Positions 21,093 through 31,859 are shown, counted from the stretch's first letter. The stretch is 64,000 nucleotides of DNA from an uncultured Opitutaceae bacterium (GCA_903916755.1 CAIWXW010000100.1:2026-66025); one strand, 5' to 3'. Numbers and translations: made by a program. The notes: generated by a model not told the origin, from the sequence alone.

Positions 21093-22046
21093 CTACTTTC
21101 CGTACTTGATGACGGTGGGGGCGCCCACGTCCACGTGGGACTGCGATCCCACCGCGGTCTGCCGGTCCACCAGATCGTCCATCTGCTTGCCGAAATAATC
21201 CGCCGCCTGATGGCTCATGGCCGGCAGGGCCTCGGTGAAATTGTTGCCGTCGGCGCGGATGTTCATCCGGACCGACCAGACCGGCCGCGGCTGGTCGGGC
21301 TTGGTGGCGGACGCGAGCTGCTTGCCGCCCCGCGCCGCGTGGTCGCGCTGGATCTTCTGGTAGTCGTAAGCCAGCAGGATGACGAAATACCGCTCGTCGA
21401 TCAGGTCCTGGATGTGGCTGGCCTCGGACTGGCTAATGCCGCTCGGCGTGGCCCAATCCATCTTTCCCTCCTTGGCCAGCGCATCGGTGTAGCCGAGCAG
21501 CCGCGCATTGCGGTTCAGTTCCGACTGCTGGGAGATCGCCTCGGTGTCGGCGTTGGAGAGATTGATGTTCATGTTGCTGATCGCGGCGATGCCGGCCGTT
21601 CCACCCGCGGTGCTCGACATGCCAGCGTTGTAGGCTCCGATCGAGGAATAGAGGTCCTTCAGCTCGAACTGATACTGGGTGTTCGATTTGTCGTTCATCG
21701 GATCGTTCATCGTGGTCCCCCAGTTCACCACGATCAGCAGGTCGGCGGCGCGCGCGTCGCGCGTGGGCAGGTAGTTCTGCCGGGCCAGGTCCGGGGCCAG
21801 CGTCTTGGCGATCGCCATGAAGGTTTCATGGTCGATCGAGGGATCATGGGTCATGCCACCGAAGAACTTTCCCTGGTAGAGGACGTAGCTTTCGGCGCGG
21901 GGCGAGCCGTTGGCAAATTTGTGCTCGGTGTACGCCTTGTTGGCGGTCGCGTTGATGATGACGAAATCCTCATGGTCGGCGCGGAGGGCCAGGGGCGAAA
22001 GGGCGGCGGCCAGAAGGGCGGCGAAAGGGAGGATCAGCGTTTTCAT
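21093..22046 (-). CDS. Secreted hypothetical protein (318 aa)
   Basis: ATG at 22046 gives the signal peptide MKTLILPFAALLAAALSPLALRA/DH. The upstream 70 codons of the track ORF lack coding character. Asn/Ser/Asp/Lys-rich, with no recognised motif. Confidence 0.65.
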   Translation of the reverse strand: MKTLILPFAALLAAALSPLALRADHEDFVIINATANKAYTEHKFANGSPRAESYVLYQGKFFGGMTHDPSIDHETFMAIAKTLAPDLARQNYLPTRDARAADLLIVVNWGTTMNDPMNDKSNTQYQFELKDLYSSIGAYNAGMSSTAGGTAGIAAISNMNINLSNADTEAISQQSELNRNARLLGYTDALAKEGKMDWATPSGISQSEASHIQDLIDERYFVILLAYDYQKIQRDHAARGGKQLASATKPDQPRPVWSVRMNIRADGNNFTEALPAMSHQAADYFGKQMDDLVDRQTAVGSQSHVDVGAPTVIKYGK

Positions 22047-22370
22047 GCTCGGAGGGGACGGGGTGACGGTTGCTCCTATCTCTGCCTGAATCATGCCACG
22101 GAAACGGATGGGTTGCAAACCGCTGTTTTGAAGATGCTTATGATTTCGATCACCGGTAAATTTGCCCCTGGCCCGGGCGACCCTGGTTGCGGGCACCCAC
22201 TCCTGTCTATCGACAGCGGACATGGCGGGCGGTAACCCCCAGCGGCTGAAAAACACGGGAGGGCGCTCAAGGTCGCCGCGACAATCGGGCGAGGCCCGTG
22301 TCCACTCGGGTGAGGCCGCCGCATTCGATTTGCCAAGGCGCGGCCAAACGATACGATTTCAACCCCTTTC

Positions 22371-25300
22371 ATGCTCTCTTCCCTGTTTAAGCGGTTCTCC
22401 GGGCGGCACTACCGCAAGTTTCTCGAGGCTTGTCGGCCGATTGTGGCCAGGATCAACGAGTTGGAGAATTCGTATCAGAGCCTCACCGATGATCAGCTGC
22501 GGGCCAAGACGGATGAGTTTCGCGCCCGCCTCAAACAGGGCGAGACCCTCGACCAGATTCTGCCGGAAGCCTTCGCCGCGGTGAAGAACGCCGCCCGCCG
22601 GCTGCAGGGCCGCAAGATCACGGTCTGCGAGCATGAGCTGACCTGGGACATGGTTCACTTCGACACCCAGCTGATCGGCGGCATGTCGCTGCACCAGGGT
22701 CGGATCGCGGAAATGGCCACGGGCGAGGGCAAGACCCTGGTCGCCACACTGCCCCTGTACCTGAACTCCCTGGTCGGCCGCAATTCCCAGCTGGTCACGG
22801 TCAATGACTACCTGGCCCGCCGCGATTCCGAGTGGATGAGCTACATCTACCGCTTCCTGGGCGTCAGCTGCGGCTGCATCCAGCAGCAGATGGCCCCGGC
22901 CCTGCGCCGGGACATGTACAACTGTGACATCACCTATGGGACCGCGAGCGAGTTCGGGTTCGACTACCTGCGCGACAACGGCATGGCCACGCGCAAGGAG
23001 GACCAGGTCCAGCGGGACCACTGGTACTGCATCGTGGACGAGATCGACTCGATCCTGGTGGACGAGGCGCGCACGCCGCTGATCATCTCCGGGCCGGCGC
23101 CGATCGAGCGCGAGCAGCCGTTCACGCGGCTGAAGCCGAGCGTCGACCGGCTGGTCAGCGACCAGACGCGGCTCTGCAACAAGCTCGCCGGCGAGGCCAA
23201 GGATCTCCTGGAAAAGGCCGCCCCCAGCGCGGATGACCGCCATCTGGCCGCGCGCAAGATGCTGCAGGTCAAGATGGGCAATCCGAAGAACAAGCAGCTG
23301 CTCCGCCTGATGGAGAACCCGGAGATACTGAAGCAGCTGGACAAGATGGAGACGGACCTGAACTCCGACCTGAACAAGGACCAGCTCTACCAGCTGAAGG
23401 AGGATCTGCTTTACGTCATCGACGAGCGCCAGCATCAGGCCGACCTGACGCTGCTGGGCCGCAACCAGCTCCGCCCGGACGACCCCGATGGCTTCGTGCT
23501 GCCGGACCTCGCCACCGAGTTCTCGGACCTCGACCGCGACACGACGCTGACCCCGGAGGAACGCGAGGCCCGCAAGGTCGCCGCCCAGTCGCACTACGCC
23601 ACCATTTCCGAGGAGATCCACGCGATCTCGCAGTTGCTGCGGGCCTATTCGCTCTACGAGCGCGACGTCGAGTACGTCGTCACGCCCGAGGGCAAGGTGA
23701 TGATCGTGGACGAGAACACCGGCCGCGTGATGCCCGGCCGCCGCTGGTCCGACGGCCTGCACCAGGCGGTCGAGGCCAAGGAGAACGTCGCGATCGAGCG
23801 CGAGACGCGCACCTACGCGACGATCACGATCCAGAACTATTTCCGGATGTACGAGAAACTGGCCGGCATGACCGGCACGGCCGAGACGGAGGCGACCGAG
23901 TTCAACGACATCTACAAGCTGGCGGTGCAGGTCATCCCGACCAACCGGCCCGGCATCCGCATCGACCGCAACGATTCCATCTTCAAGACCCGCCGGGACA
24001 AATACACGGCCGTCGTGCGCGAGATCGAGGCCGCGCACAAGCGGGGCCAGCCGGTCCTGGTCGGCACGACCAGCGTCGAGTCGTCGGAGGTGCTGTCGCG
24101 CATGCTCAAGCGGACCGGCGTCATCCATTCGGTCCTCAACGCCAAGTTCCACCAGCAGGAGGCGGAGATCGTCGCCCGCGCCGGGCACCGGGGCTCGGTG
24201 ACCATCGCCACCAACATGGCCGGCCGCGGCACCGACATCAAGCTGGGGGAGGGTGTCCGCTATAACGTCACCACCAAGCCGCATCCCGAGAAGAAGGGCG
24301 TCCTGGTCTACGTGCTGACCGAGCCGACCTCCGGCGAGGTCCGCGAGCTCGACTCCGACAGCGATGCCGCCCGCACCCTCCAACTCCGCCCCGATACCCG
24401 GGTGACCGGCGGCCTCTTTGTCATCGGCACGGAGCGCCACGAGTCCCGGCGCGTGGACCGGCAGCTGCGCGGCCGCTGCTCCCGCCAGGGCGATCCCGGC
24501 CTGACCAAGTTCTTCCTTTCCCTCGAGGACGACCTGATGCGGCTCTTTCTGCAGGGCAACCTGGCCTCCCGCCTGATGGAGGGCTCGATGAAGGACGGCG
24601 AGGAGCTGGAGCACTCGCTGCTCAACCGCTCGATCGAGTCGGCCCAGAAGAAGGTCGAGCAGCAGAATTTTTCCCAGCGCAAGCGGCTGCTGCAGTACGA
24701 CGACGTCCTGAACCAGCAGCGCGAGGTGATCTACGGCATCCGCAACGCGGCGATCCACGCGGAGCGCTCGAAGGAAATCATCTTCGAGCAGGTCGAGGAG
24801 GAGCTCCTCAACCGCCTCCACGTCGCCGGCTTCGGCGAGAAGGGCGGCGCCAACGCCGCCGCGGTCGAGAGCCTGGTCGGCTGGATCAACGCCCATTTTC
24901 CGGTGAGTCTCCGGCCGGACGAGCTGGTCGGCGACGCGCCCGAGGCGCTGGTCGCCCAGATCCTCGGGCGGGTGAAGCAGGCTTACGCGGTGAAGGAATC
25001 GGTCGAGCAGCCGGAGGCCCTCGGCGGCCTCGAGCGCTACGTCGTGATCAACGCCATCGACCGCCACTGGCAGGAGCACCTGACGGAGATGGAGGAATTG
25101 CGGCGCTCCATCGGCCTGCGCAGCTACGGCCAGAAGGATCCCCTGGTGGAGTACAAGGCCGAGGCCTACACGTATTTTGCGGAGCTGATGGGCAACGTGC
25201 GCCTGGAGATCTGCACCGGCCTCTTCCGCAGCGCCTCGAACCTCGAGTCTTTTGAGAACATGCTCTCGATCCTGGCGCGCAGCGCCCGGACCCAGGGCCC

Positions 25301-25496
25301 GGAGAACGCCCCGGCCCCCGCCCGCCTCGTGGCGCCGCCGCCCGGCGCCCCTCCGGGCGCCCCGCCCGCGCCGACGCCGGAGGTGGAGGTGCAGCTGCCG
25401 AAGGTCACCATTCGCCGCGACGTCCCGAAGGTGGGCCGCAACGATCCCTGTCCCTGTGGCAGCGGCAAGAAGTTCAAGCAGTGCCACGGGGCCTGA
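22371..25496 (+). CDS. secA: Preprotein translocase ATPase SecA
   Basis: 1041 aa. Walker [58 protein letters not shown], and the C-terminal zinc finger [14 protein letters not shown]. Confidence 0.97.
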   Translation: MLSSLFKRFSGRHYRKFLEACRPIVARINELENSYQSLTDDQLRAKTDEFRARLKQGETLDQILPEAFAAVKNAARRLQGRKITVCEHELTWDMVHFDTQLIGGMSLHQGRIAEMATGEGKTLVATLPLYLNSLVGRNSQLVTVNDYLARRDSEWMSYIYRFLGVSCGCIQQQMAPALRRDMYNCDITYGTASEFGFDYLRDNGMATRKEDQVQRDHWYCIVDEIDSILVDEARTPLIISGPAPIEREQPFTRLKPSVDRLVSDQTRLCNKLAGEAKDLLEKAAPSADDRHLAARKMLQVKMGNPKNKQLLRLMENPEILKQLDKMETDLNSDLNKDQLYQLKEDLLYVIDERQHQADLTLLGRNQLRPDDPDGFVLPDLATEFSDLDRDTTLTPEEREARKVAAQSHYATISEEIHAISQLLRAYSLYERDVEYVVTPEGKVMIVDENTGRVMPGRRWSDGLHQAVEAKENVAIERETRTYATITIQNYFRMYEKLAGMTGTAETEATEFNDIYKLAVQVIPTNRPGIRIDRNDSIFKTRRDKYTAVVREIEAAHKRGQPVLVGTTSVESSEVLSRMLKRTGVIHSVLNAKFHQQEAEIVARAGHRGSVTIATNMAGRGTDIKLGEGVRYNVTTKPHPEKKGVLVYVLTEPTSGEVRELDSDSDAARTLQLRPDTRVTGGLFVIGTERHESRRVDRQLRGRCSRQGDPGLTKFFLSLEDDLMRLFLQGNLASRLMEGSMKDGEELEHSLLNRSIESAQKKVEQQNFSQRKRLLQYDDVLNQQREVIYGIRNAAIHAERSKEIIFEQVEEELLNRLHVAGFGEKGGANAAAVESLVGWINAHFPVSLRPDELVGDAPEALVAQILGRVKQAYAVKESVEQPEALGGLERYVVINAIDRHWQEHLTEMEELRRSIGLRSYGQKDPLVEYKAEAYTYFAELMGNVRLEICTGLFRSASNLESFENMLSILARSARTQGPENAPAPARLVAPPPGAPPGAPPAPTPEVEVQLPKVTIRRDVPKVGRNDPCPCGSGKKFKQCHGA

Positions 25497-25520
25497 GCGG
25501 CCCCGGGCGCCCGATCCGAC

Positions 25521-27176
25521 ATGGCTGACGCCCCCTGGCCCGACGGGCTCGAGACCCCGCCCTCCTACTGGCGGCTGAACGCGCGCTGGCTCGCGCCCCT
25601 GGCGGTCTTCCTCTCCACCGCCATCCTGACGGTGCTGTCCTTCCCGCCCTATGCGGCGCCGGAATTCGCCTACGCCTTCGCCTCGCCGGCGATCTTTTGG
25701 GCGTTCTCGCGCCCTCCGCTCAAGGTCTTCGTCTGGACTCTCTTCGCCGCGCAGGCGGTGGCCTGGATCGTCATTCTTTGCTGGCTGCGCCACGTGACCT
25801 TCTTTGGCCTCTTCCTCCTCGGGCCCTTTGTCGGCGCATGGGTCGGCAGCTGGTACCTCGCGGTCTGGTGGACGATGCCGCGACTGCACGGGCGGCCGGC
25901 CCCGGTGCGCATGCTGGCCCAGCTCGGGCTGGCCGGCGCCTGGGTGCTGGTGGAGTGGACGCGCACCTGGCTCCTGAGCGGTTTTCCCTGGCTGCCGCTG
26001 GCGGCCAGCCAGTGGCAGCGGACCAGCATCCTGCAGATCGCCGCCTACACGGGCGCCTATGGCGTCTCCTTTGTCCTGATCGCGATGAATGTCGGGTTCG
26101 CGGCCTACGCCCACCGGCTGCTGGTCGAGGGCGAGCGCAATTTTCTGAAGCGGCGCAGCCCGGAGTTCCTGCTCGCGCTGTTCCTCCTCCTGGCCTGCCT
26201 CTCGATCCAGGTGCAGGAGACGATCAATCGCCGGCTTTTCAATGAATCGCTCGGCCGGATCGCGCTCGTCCAGCCCGACATTCCGCAGAGCGCGAAATGG
26301 GATCCCGCCGAGGCCCCGGGCATCCAGCGGATCCTCGAGCGGCTGACCCGGACGGCCGGCGCCAGCCGGCCCGACCTAATTCTCTGGCCCGAATCGGCCG
26401 CGCCGGGCGCCGTCAAGGGGGACCCGGAGATGCAGGCGTGGGTGGCCTCGCTCGCCAAGGAGACGAACGTCCCGCTGCTCATCGGGGCGAATGCCTTCGA
26501 GACCGACGCCAACGGCACCCGCTGGTACGATGCCGGCTTCGCGGTCACGCCCGACGGGGTGCAGCCGTCCTACTACGCCAAGCGGCATCTCGTGCCCTTC
26601 GGCGAATATGTCCCGCTCCGTCCGGTTCTCGGCTGGATGTCGAAATTCGTGCCGCTGCCGGACGACGCGAACCCGGGCCGGGATGCCGCGCCGCTTTTGA
26701 TCCGGCTGCCGCACGGGCCGACCGCCTTCGGAGTATTGATCTGCTATGAGGACATCTTCCCACAGCTGGCCCGCGACAGCGTCCTGTCCGGGTCCGACGT
26801 GCTGGCGGTCCTGACCAACGATGCCTGGTACGGCGAGGAGGGCGCCGCCTACCAGCACGCCGCCCACTCCGTCCTGCGGGCGGTCGAGACCCGCCGTCCC
26901 GTGCTGCGCAGCGGCAACGCCGGCTGGAGCGGCTGGATCGACGAGTTCGGCGGGATCCGGTCCACCCTCCAGGATGACCAGGGCAGCGTGTACCTGCGCG
27001 GGACCGGCTCGGTGAACGTTTCGCGCGACCGCCGTTGGGTCGGGCGGAAGAGCTTTTACGTGGAGCACGGCGACTGGTTTGTCCTGGCGAGCGCGGGCCT
27101 CGCGCTGCTGGGATTCGCGCTGTTGTTCCGGGTGCCCCCGACCGTGCCGGAACCCGGCGCCGGATTGCTGCGGTGA
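25521..27176 (+). CDS. lnt: Apolipoprotein N-acyltransferase
   Basis: Polytopic N-terminal domain plus a CN-hydrolase domain (LILWPESA, catalytic Cys in VLICYEDIF), and a C-terminal TM helix. Confidence 0.88.
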   Translation: MADAPWPDGLETPPSYWRLNARWLAPLAVFLSTAILTVLSFPPYAAPEFAYAFASPAIFWAFSRPPLKVFVWTLFAAQAVAWIVILCWLRHVTFFGLFLLGPFVGAWVGSWYLAVWWTMPRLHGRPAPVRMLAQLGLAGAWVLVEWTRTWLLSGFPWLPLAASQWQRTSILQIAAYTGAYGVSFVLIAMNVGFAAYAHRLLVEGERNFLKRRSPEFLLALFLLLACLSIQVQETINRRLFNESLGRIALVQPDIPQSAKWDPAEAPGIQRILERLTRTAGASRPDLILWPESAAPGAVKGDPEMQAWVASLAKETNVPLLIGANAFETDANGTRWYDAGFAVTPDGVQPSYYAKRHLVPFGEYVPLRPVLGWMSKFVPLPDDANPGRDAAPLLIRLPHGPTAFGVLICYEDIFPQLARDSVLSGSDVLAVLTNDAWYGEEGAAYQHAAHSVLRAVETRRPVLRSGNAGWSGWIDEFGGIRSTLQDDQGSVYLRGTGSVNVSRDRRWVGRKSFYVEHGDWFVLASAGLALLGFALLFRVPPTVPEPGAGLLR

Positions 27177-28225
27177 TGAGCTCCCGCGTCTCCGCCACCG
27201 ACCTGGTGACCTACGCCCGCGCCTTGCTGGCGGGCACGGGATTGGAGGCGGAAAAGGCGCAGGCCGTCGCCGAGGTCCTGGTGGAAGGCGATCTGCTGGG
27301 TCACACCACGCACGGCCTCCAGCTGCTCCCGGGTTACCTGACCGAGCTGGAGCAGGGCCGGATGGCCCGCGCCGGCTCGCCGAAGGTCCTGGCGGATTTT
27401 CCGGCGGCGGTCACCTGGGATGGCAACCGGCTCCCGGGCCCCTGGCTGGCGCGCGAGGCCCTCGCGCTGGCGGCAGTCCGCGCGCGCACCCAGGGCACCT
27501 GCACGGTGGTCATCCGGCGCAGCCATCACCTGGCCTGCCTGGCCGCCTACCTGCAGCCGATCGCGGAGCAGGGGCTGATGGTACTCCTTTCCTGCTCGGA
27601 TCCCTCCGCCGGGGGCGTCGCGCCGCACGGCGGCCGCAAGGCCATTTACACTCCGGATCCGCTGGCCGCCGCGTGGCCGACCGACCAGGGGCCGGTGATG
27701 CTCGACGTCTCGATGTCGATCACGACCAATGGACTCAGCAAGCGCCTGAAGGCGGAAGGCGGCCGGTTTCCCGGGGCCTGGGCGGTCGATGGCGGCGGCA
27801 ATCCCACCGACGATCCGGCGGCGCTCTTCGGGGAGAACCCGGGAGCCCTCCTGCCGCTGGGCGGAACCGATCACGGCCACAAGGGCTATGCGCTCGGGCT
27901 CCTGATCGAAGCGCTCACCGGCGGGCTCGCCGGCCACGGCCGCGCGGATCCCGCCGAGGGCTGGTCGGCGAATGTCTTCCTGCAGGTGCTCGATCCCGCC
28001 CTTTTCGGCACCCGGGATGATTTCATCCGGCAGACCTCCTGGCTGGCCGACGCCTGCCGGCGGAATCCGCCCCGGCCCGGCTTCGAGCGCGTGCGCCTGC
28101 CGGGCGAGGCGGGCCTGAAGCGCCGGGCGGACCAGCTGGCCCGCGGCATCGAACTCTACCCCGGCATCCTCGCGGCCCTCGCGCCCTGGGCCCGGAAATT
28201 CGGCGTTGTCGCGCCCGCCGCCTAG
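27176..28225 (+). CDS. Ldh_2-family (malate/L-lactate dehydrogenase type 2) NAD(P)H oxidoreductase, substrate unknown
   Basis: The ATG at 27176 overlaps the lnt stop (TGATG). Family hallmarks: LVEGDLLGHTTHGLQLLPGY and GGTDHGHKGYALGLLIE. Confidence 0.8.
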   Translation: MSSRVSATDLVTYARALLAGTGLEAEKAQAVAEVLVEGDLLGHTTHGLQLLPGYLTELEQGRMARAGSPKVLADFPAAVTWDGNRLPGPWLAREALALAAVRARTQGTCTVVIRRSHHLACLAAYLQPIAEQGLMVLLSCSDPSAGGVAPHGGRKAIYTPDPLAAAWPTDQGPVMLDVSMSITTNGLSKRLKAEGGRFPGAWAVDGGGNPTDDPAALFGENPGALLPLGGTDHGHKGYALGLLIEALTGGLAGHGRADPAEGWSANVFLQVLDPALFGTRDDFIRQTSWLADACRRNPPRPGFERVRLPGEAGLKRRADQLARGIELYPGILAALAPWARKFGVVAPAA

Positions 28226-28243
28226 GCTCCAATCTCATCCCTT

Positions 28244-29443
28244 ATGTCTCCCAAGCTCATTCGCCGCGCCGTCGAGGCGCTGGAAAAATTCAAGATTGAG
28301 ACGCCCTCCTGGGGCTTCGCCGACACCGGCACCCGCTTCGGCAAGTTTTTCCAGGACGCCGCCGCGATCGACGTGAACGACAAGCTGGCGGACGCCGGCC
28401 AGGTCCATCGGCTGACGGGCTGCTGCCCGACGGTCGCCGTGCATGTCCTCTGGGATTTCAAGAAGGGGGAGGATCCCAAGGCCGTCGCCCGCCTCGCCCG
28501 CAAGCACGGGGTCAGGATCGGCGCGATCAACCCCAACCTCTTCCAGGAGCAGTGCTACAAGTGGGGCTCCTTCGGCAACCAGGATGCCGCCATCCGCCGC
28601 CACGCGCTGCGCCACTGCTACGACTCGATCGCGATCGGGAAGGCGGTCGGCAGCGAATTCATCTCCCTCTGGTTCGCCGACGGCACGAGCTATCCGGGCC
28701 AGGAGAGCATCCGCGACCGCAAGCACCGCTTCGAGACCTGCCTGAAGGCCTGCCACGCCCGGCTGGCGCCAGGCCAGACGATGCTGGTCGAGTACAAGCC
28801 CTTCGAGCCGGCGTTTTACGCCACCGACATCGCCGACTGGGGCATGGCCTACGTGCTTTCGAAGAAAGCGGGCCCGCGCGCCAAGGTCCTCGTCGACACC
28901 GGCCACCACTACCAGGCCCAGAACATCGAGCAGATCGTGGCCTTTCTCCTCGATGAGAACATGCTCGGCGGGTTCCACTTCAACGACCGCCGGTACGCCG
29001 ACGACGACCTCACGCTGGGGTCGATCGATCCCTACCAGGTCTTCCGGATCTTCCACGAGATCCATGCCTTCGCCGCCGATCGCGGCGCGGCGCCGGACAT
29101 TGCCTACATGATCGACCAGTGCCACAACGAGAAGCCGAAGATCGAGGCGACGATCCAGACGGTGGTGATCGCGCAGGAGCTCTACGCCAAGGCGGCCCTC
29201 GTGAACCACGAGAAGCTGCGCCGCGCGCAGGCCCGCAACGACGTGGTCACGGCCGAGCTCGAGCTGAAAAAGGCGTTCTTCACCGATGTGGCCCCGGCCC
29301 TGGCCGCGTGGCGCCGGCGCCACGAGCTGCCGTCCGACCCGCTGGCGGAGCATCGCCGCAGCGGCTACGAGCGGAGGGCCGCCACCGAGCGGCGGGCCCG
29401 GCGCCAGGCATTGGGCCTCGTGCAGGGTGGCAGCTTCGCCTGA
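28244..29443 (+). CDS. L-rhamnose-isomerase-like sugar isomerase (xylose-isomerase-fold TIM barrel, RhaI type)
   Basis: 399 aa. The FKIETPSWGFADTGTRFGKF opening, VDTGHH and HFNDRRYADDDL resemble the Rhizobium/Pseudomonas stutzeri-type L-rhamnose isomerases. Substrate not determinable. Confidence 0.7.
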   Translation: MSPKLIRRAVEALEKFKIETPSWGFADTGTRFGKFFQDAAAIDVNDKLADAGQVHRLTGCCPTVAVHVLWDFKKGEDPKAVARLARKHGVRIGAINPNLFQEQCYKWGSFGNQDAAIRRHALRHCYDSIAIGKAVGSEFISLWFADGTSYPGQESIRDRKHRFETCLKACHARLAPGQTMLVEYKPFEPAFYATDIADWGMAYVLSKKAGPRAKVLVDTGHHYQAQNIEQIVAFLLDENMLGGFHFNDRRYADDDLTLGSIDPYQVFRIFHEIHAFAADRGAAPDIAYMIDQCHNEKPKIEATIQTVVIAQELYAKAALVNHEKLRRAQARNDVVTAELELKKAFFTDVAPALAAWRRRHELPSDPLAEHRRSGYERRAATERRARRQALGLVQGGSFA

Positions 29444-29456
29444 GGCGAGGCTGCGG

Positions 29457-30677
29457 CTAAAACGCGCCGGGCTTCCAGGCCAGGACTCCCGCCAGGGCGG
29501 CTTTGACCGCCGGCGGGGTCTCGGGCGTCTGCTGGAGATATCCCAGGTAATCGCGCACGAGCTTGTGCTGGGCTGCGTTGAGGCGCAGCGACCAAAGCGT
29601 GGCATTGAGGAGAGCGCTCTTCATGACCTCCGGTGGCGGCGTGGCCGGCGGATGGGCGAGCTGGCGAAATGCGTCGAGCTGCCCGGCATAGGGCAGGTCG
29701 TGGCCCACGACCTCGACCATGGCTTCGATCGGGCCAAAGTACCCTCCGGCGTAGAAGCGGCCCCAGAGCATGTCGAGCTGGCTGCTGGTTTCCGGGGGTC
29801 CCGCATGGACCGGCAGTTCGCGGCTGGCCGCGGCGACCGCCTTCCTTGAACTAAAAATGAGATCAGCGGTCATGGCCGGGTTGATCCGCTGCGCATGGGC
29901 GAACACCAGCGCCAGCAGGTGGCGCTCATCCCCCTCGGACGAGAGGAACCACTGCTTGAACCAGGGCAGAAGCCAGGGGTTGTCGACCAGGACCTGCCCG
30001 TAGAAGCCCAGGATCGTGCCCAGGCCATCGACGCCCTTCGCCAGGAGAGCGGGATTGCGGCTGAGGGCTTCCAGCGCGGGCAGCGCGAACCGCGGCTCGG
30101 GTCGCAGATAGTAGCGCGCGATCCATTCGTTCGCGTCGAAATTTTCCGGAAGGGGCAGGGGGCGATTCGAATTCGCGACCTCGACCGAGACGGTCTTCGT
30201 CCGGCTCTGGCCCGAGACGCCGTCATGCACGGTGACCTCGAACTGATAGGCGCCGAAGGGATCGGTGAGCGCGGTGGCGAAGGCCTGCAGCTTGCGGGGG
30301 AAAAGCAGGGTGTGGGGCTGGACCTTGAGCTGTGCGGCCACGACATTGGCGGTCGAGGCCTGGACGCGCCCGTCGGGATAGCGCACCGTCAGGTCATAGG
30401 AGACGCTGGCCCGGTCGGCTGCATCCGTCGCGAAACGGGAAACCACGAGCAGGAGATCCACCCGCTGGCCGGGTGCGATCTCCTTGGTGCGCGCGAGCAC
30501 CGGGGTGACGCCGGGAGGGGTGTGATAGTAGATATCCGTGTGGCCGTACTGGACAGAGGTCAGGACATCGAAGTCGAGGATGGCCGCGGCGGGCGCGTTT
30601 TCGGCCGCGGCGCCGATCGACGCGAGCGACACGAAACCGGTGAGCGCGAGGCCCAGGAGGAAGCGAAAGCGCTGCAT
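29457..30677 (-). CDS. Secreted hypothetical two-domain protein (406 aa)
   Basis: ATG at 30677 gives the signal peptide MQRFRFLLGLALTGFVSLASIGAAA/EN. The upstream 208 codons of the track ORF overlap the SDR gene out of frame. No known motif. Confidence 0.65.
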   Translation of the reverse strand: MQRFRFLLGLALTGFVSLASIGAAAENAPAAAILDFDVLTSVQYGHTDIYYHTPPGVTPVLARTKEIAPGQRVDLLLVVSRFATDAADRASVSYDLTVRYPDGRVQASTANVVAAQLKVQPHTLLFPRKLQAFATALTDPFGAYQFEVTVHDGVSGQSRTKTVSVEVANSNRPLPLPENFDANEWIARYYLRPEPRFALPALEALSRNPALLAKGVDGLGTILGFYGQVLVDNPWLLPWFKQWFLSSEGDERHLLALVFAHAQRINPAMTADLIFSSRKAVAAASRELPVHAGPPETSSQLDMLWGRFYAGGYFGPIEAMVEVVGHDLPYAGQLDAFRQLAHPPATPPPEVMKSALLNATLWSLRLNAAQHKLVRDYLGYLQQTPETPPAVKAALAGVLAWKPGAF

Positions 30678-30697
30678 GGGAAAGGTCAGGCGCCCGG

Positions 30698-31480
30698 TCA
30701 GGCCATGTAGCTGCCACCGTTGAGGTCGAGGGTGGCGCCGTTCATGAACCCGTCGAATTCGCTGGCGAAATACACCGCGGCGCGGGCCACGTCGTCGGTC
30801 GTGCCGGCGCGTCCCAGGGGAATGCCGGCGATGGCGGCGCGCGCCGCCTCCGGCGTGGTGTGGGTGGCGTGAAACTGCGAGCCGAGGATGAATCCGGGAG
30901 CCAGCGCGTTGACCCGGATGCCCTTGGGCCCGAGTTCGAGGGCCAGCCCGCGCGTGAGGGCGAGAATGGCGCCCTTGGCCGTCGCATAGGCGAGGGATCC
31001 CGCGCTGCCGCCCCGCCGCCCCGCGATCGAGGACAGGTTGACGACGCTGGCGCCGCCGCGCGTCCTGGCCGCGGTCTCGAGATGGGGGGCGGCGGCGCGC
31101 GTGATCCGCCGGGCGCTGCCCAGATTGAGCGCCATGACCTCCGCCCAGTACGCGTCGTCGGCGTCGGCCAGCGCCTCGCGGCGGACGAGCGAGCCGGCAT
31201 TGTTGATGAGCACATCCAGGCCGCCGAGGAACGCGGCCGCCTCGGCCACGATCCGGACGCACTCGGCGGGTTCGGTCAGGTCGGCGGACGAAACCTGGCA
31301 ACGGCGATCGCGGGCCTCCGCTTCGCGCCGAAGCTTACCCGCGGCGTCCGCGCTCCCGTGATAATGCACAAAGACATCGCAGCCGGCGTCGAGCAGCTGG
31401 CGGCTGATGGCCAGGCCAATGCCCTGGGCTCCAGCAGTTACCAAGGCGCGTTTTCCGGCCAATTTGGAGTGAACAAGCAT
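30698..31480 (-). CDS. Short-chain dehydrogenase/reductase (classical SDR)
   Basis: ATG at 31480 gives MLVHSKLAGKRALVTAGAQGIGLA (TGxxxGxG). NNAG, the YATAKGA catalytic Y-x3-K and PGFI are present. Confidence 0.88.
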   Translation of the reverse strand: MLVHSKLAGKRALVTAGAQGIGLAISRQLLDAGCDVFVHYHGSADAAGKLRREAEARDRRCQVSSADLTEPAECVRIVAEAAAFLGGLDVLINNAGSLVRREALADADDAYWAEVMALNLGSARRITRAAAPHLETAARTRGGASVVNLSSIAGRRGGSAGSLAYATAKGAILALTRGLALELGPKGIRVNALAPGFILGSQFHATHTTPEAARAAIAGIPLGRAGTTDDVARAAVYFASEFDGFMNGATLDLNGGSYMA

Positions 31481-31859
31481 CGCATTGAAGATGGGTCGGT
31501 TGCGGTTCTGAAGCAAGAAGCTGAGGCCGCAATCAAGATTGGCACCAAAGAGCATCGCCATCTTCTGCAGGCCATGGGAAGTGGCTTTACCGCCAAGCTC
31601 TTTCGTCATCACGGTTCGCAAGCCGTGCTGCTTCCCGTCGGTTTTGAGATGCCCGGGGAGGGAGTGAAGATTTCTCGAGTGACGGGCGGAGTCTGGCTGA
31701 CGCCGATCCTTTCGGATTTCGAACACCGACGAGCGACTTTTTTCGCCCTGGCGGGCTGCGATCCCGGAATCGAGGACGTGCCGCCGCACCAGGACCCGGA
31801 TCTCCCCCGGGAATTTTAGGATCAAACCTTCGCCGGTGCTTTGGCGCCGGGCCGCCTCT

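Noticed and set aside
22359-26114. 1251-aa ORF on the minus strand
   Set aside because: It is entirely antisense to secA and lnt, which carry unambiguous motifs. Its translation is low-complexity Arg/Gly/Asp/Leu/Val-rich, as expected from stop-codon depletion in high-GC DNA.
30678-31301. 208-codon upstream extension of the secreted-protein ORF (track ORF 29457-31301)
   Set aside because: It overlaps the SDR gene out of frame and is Arg/Pro/Gly-rich. The internal ATG at 30677 yields a canonical signal peptide.
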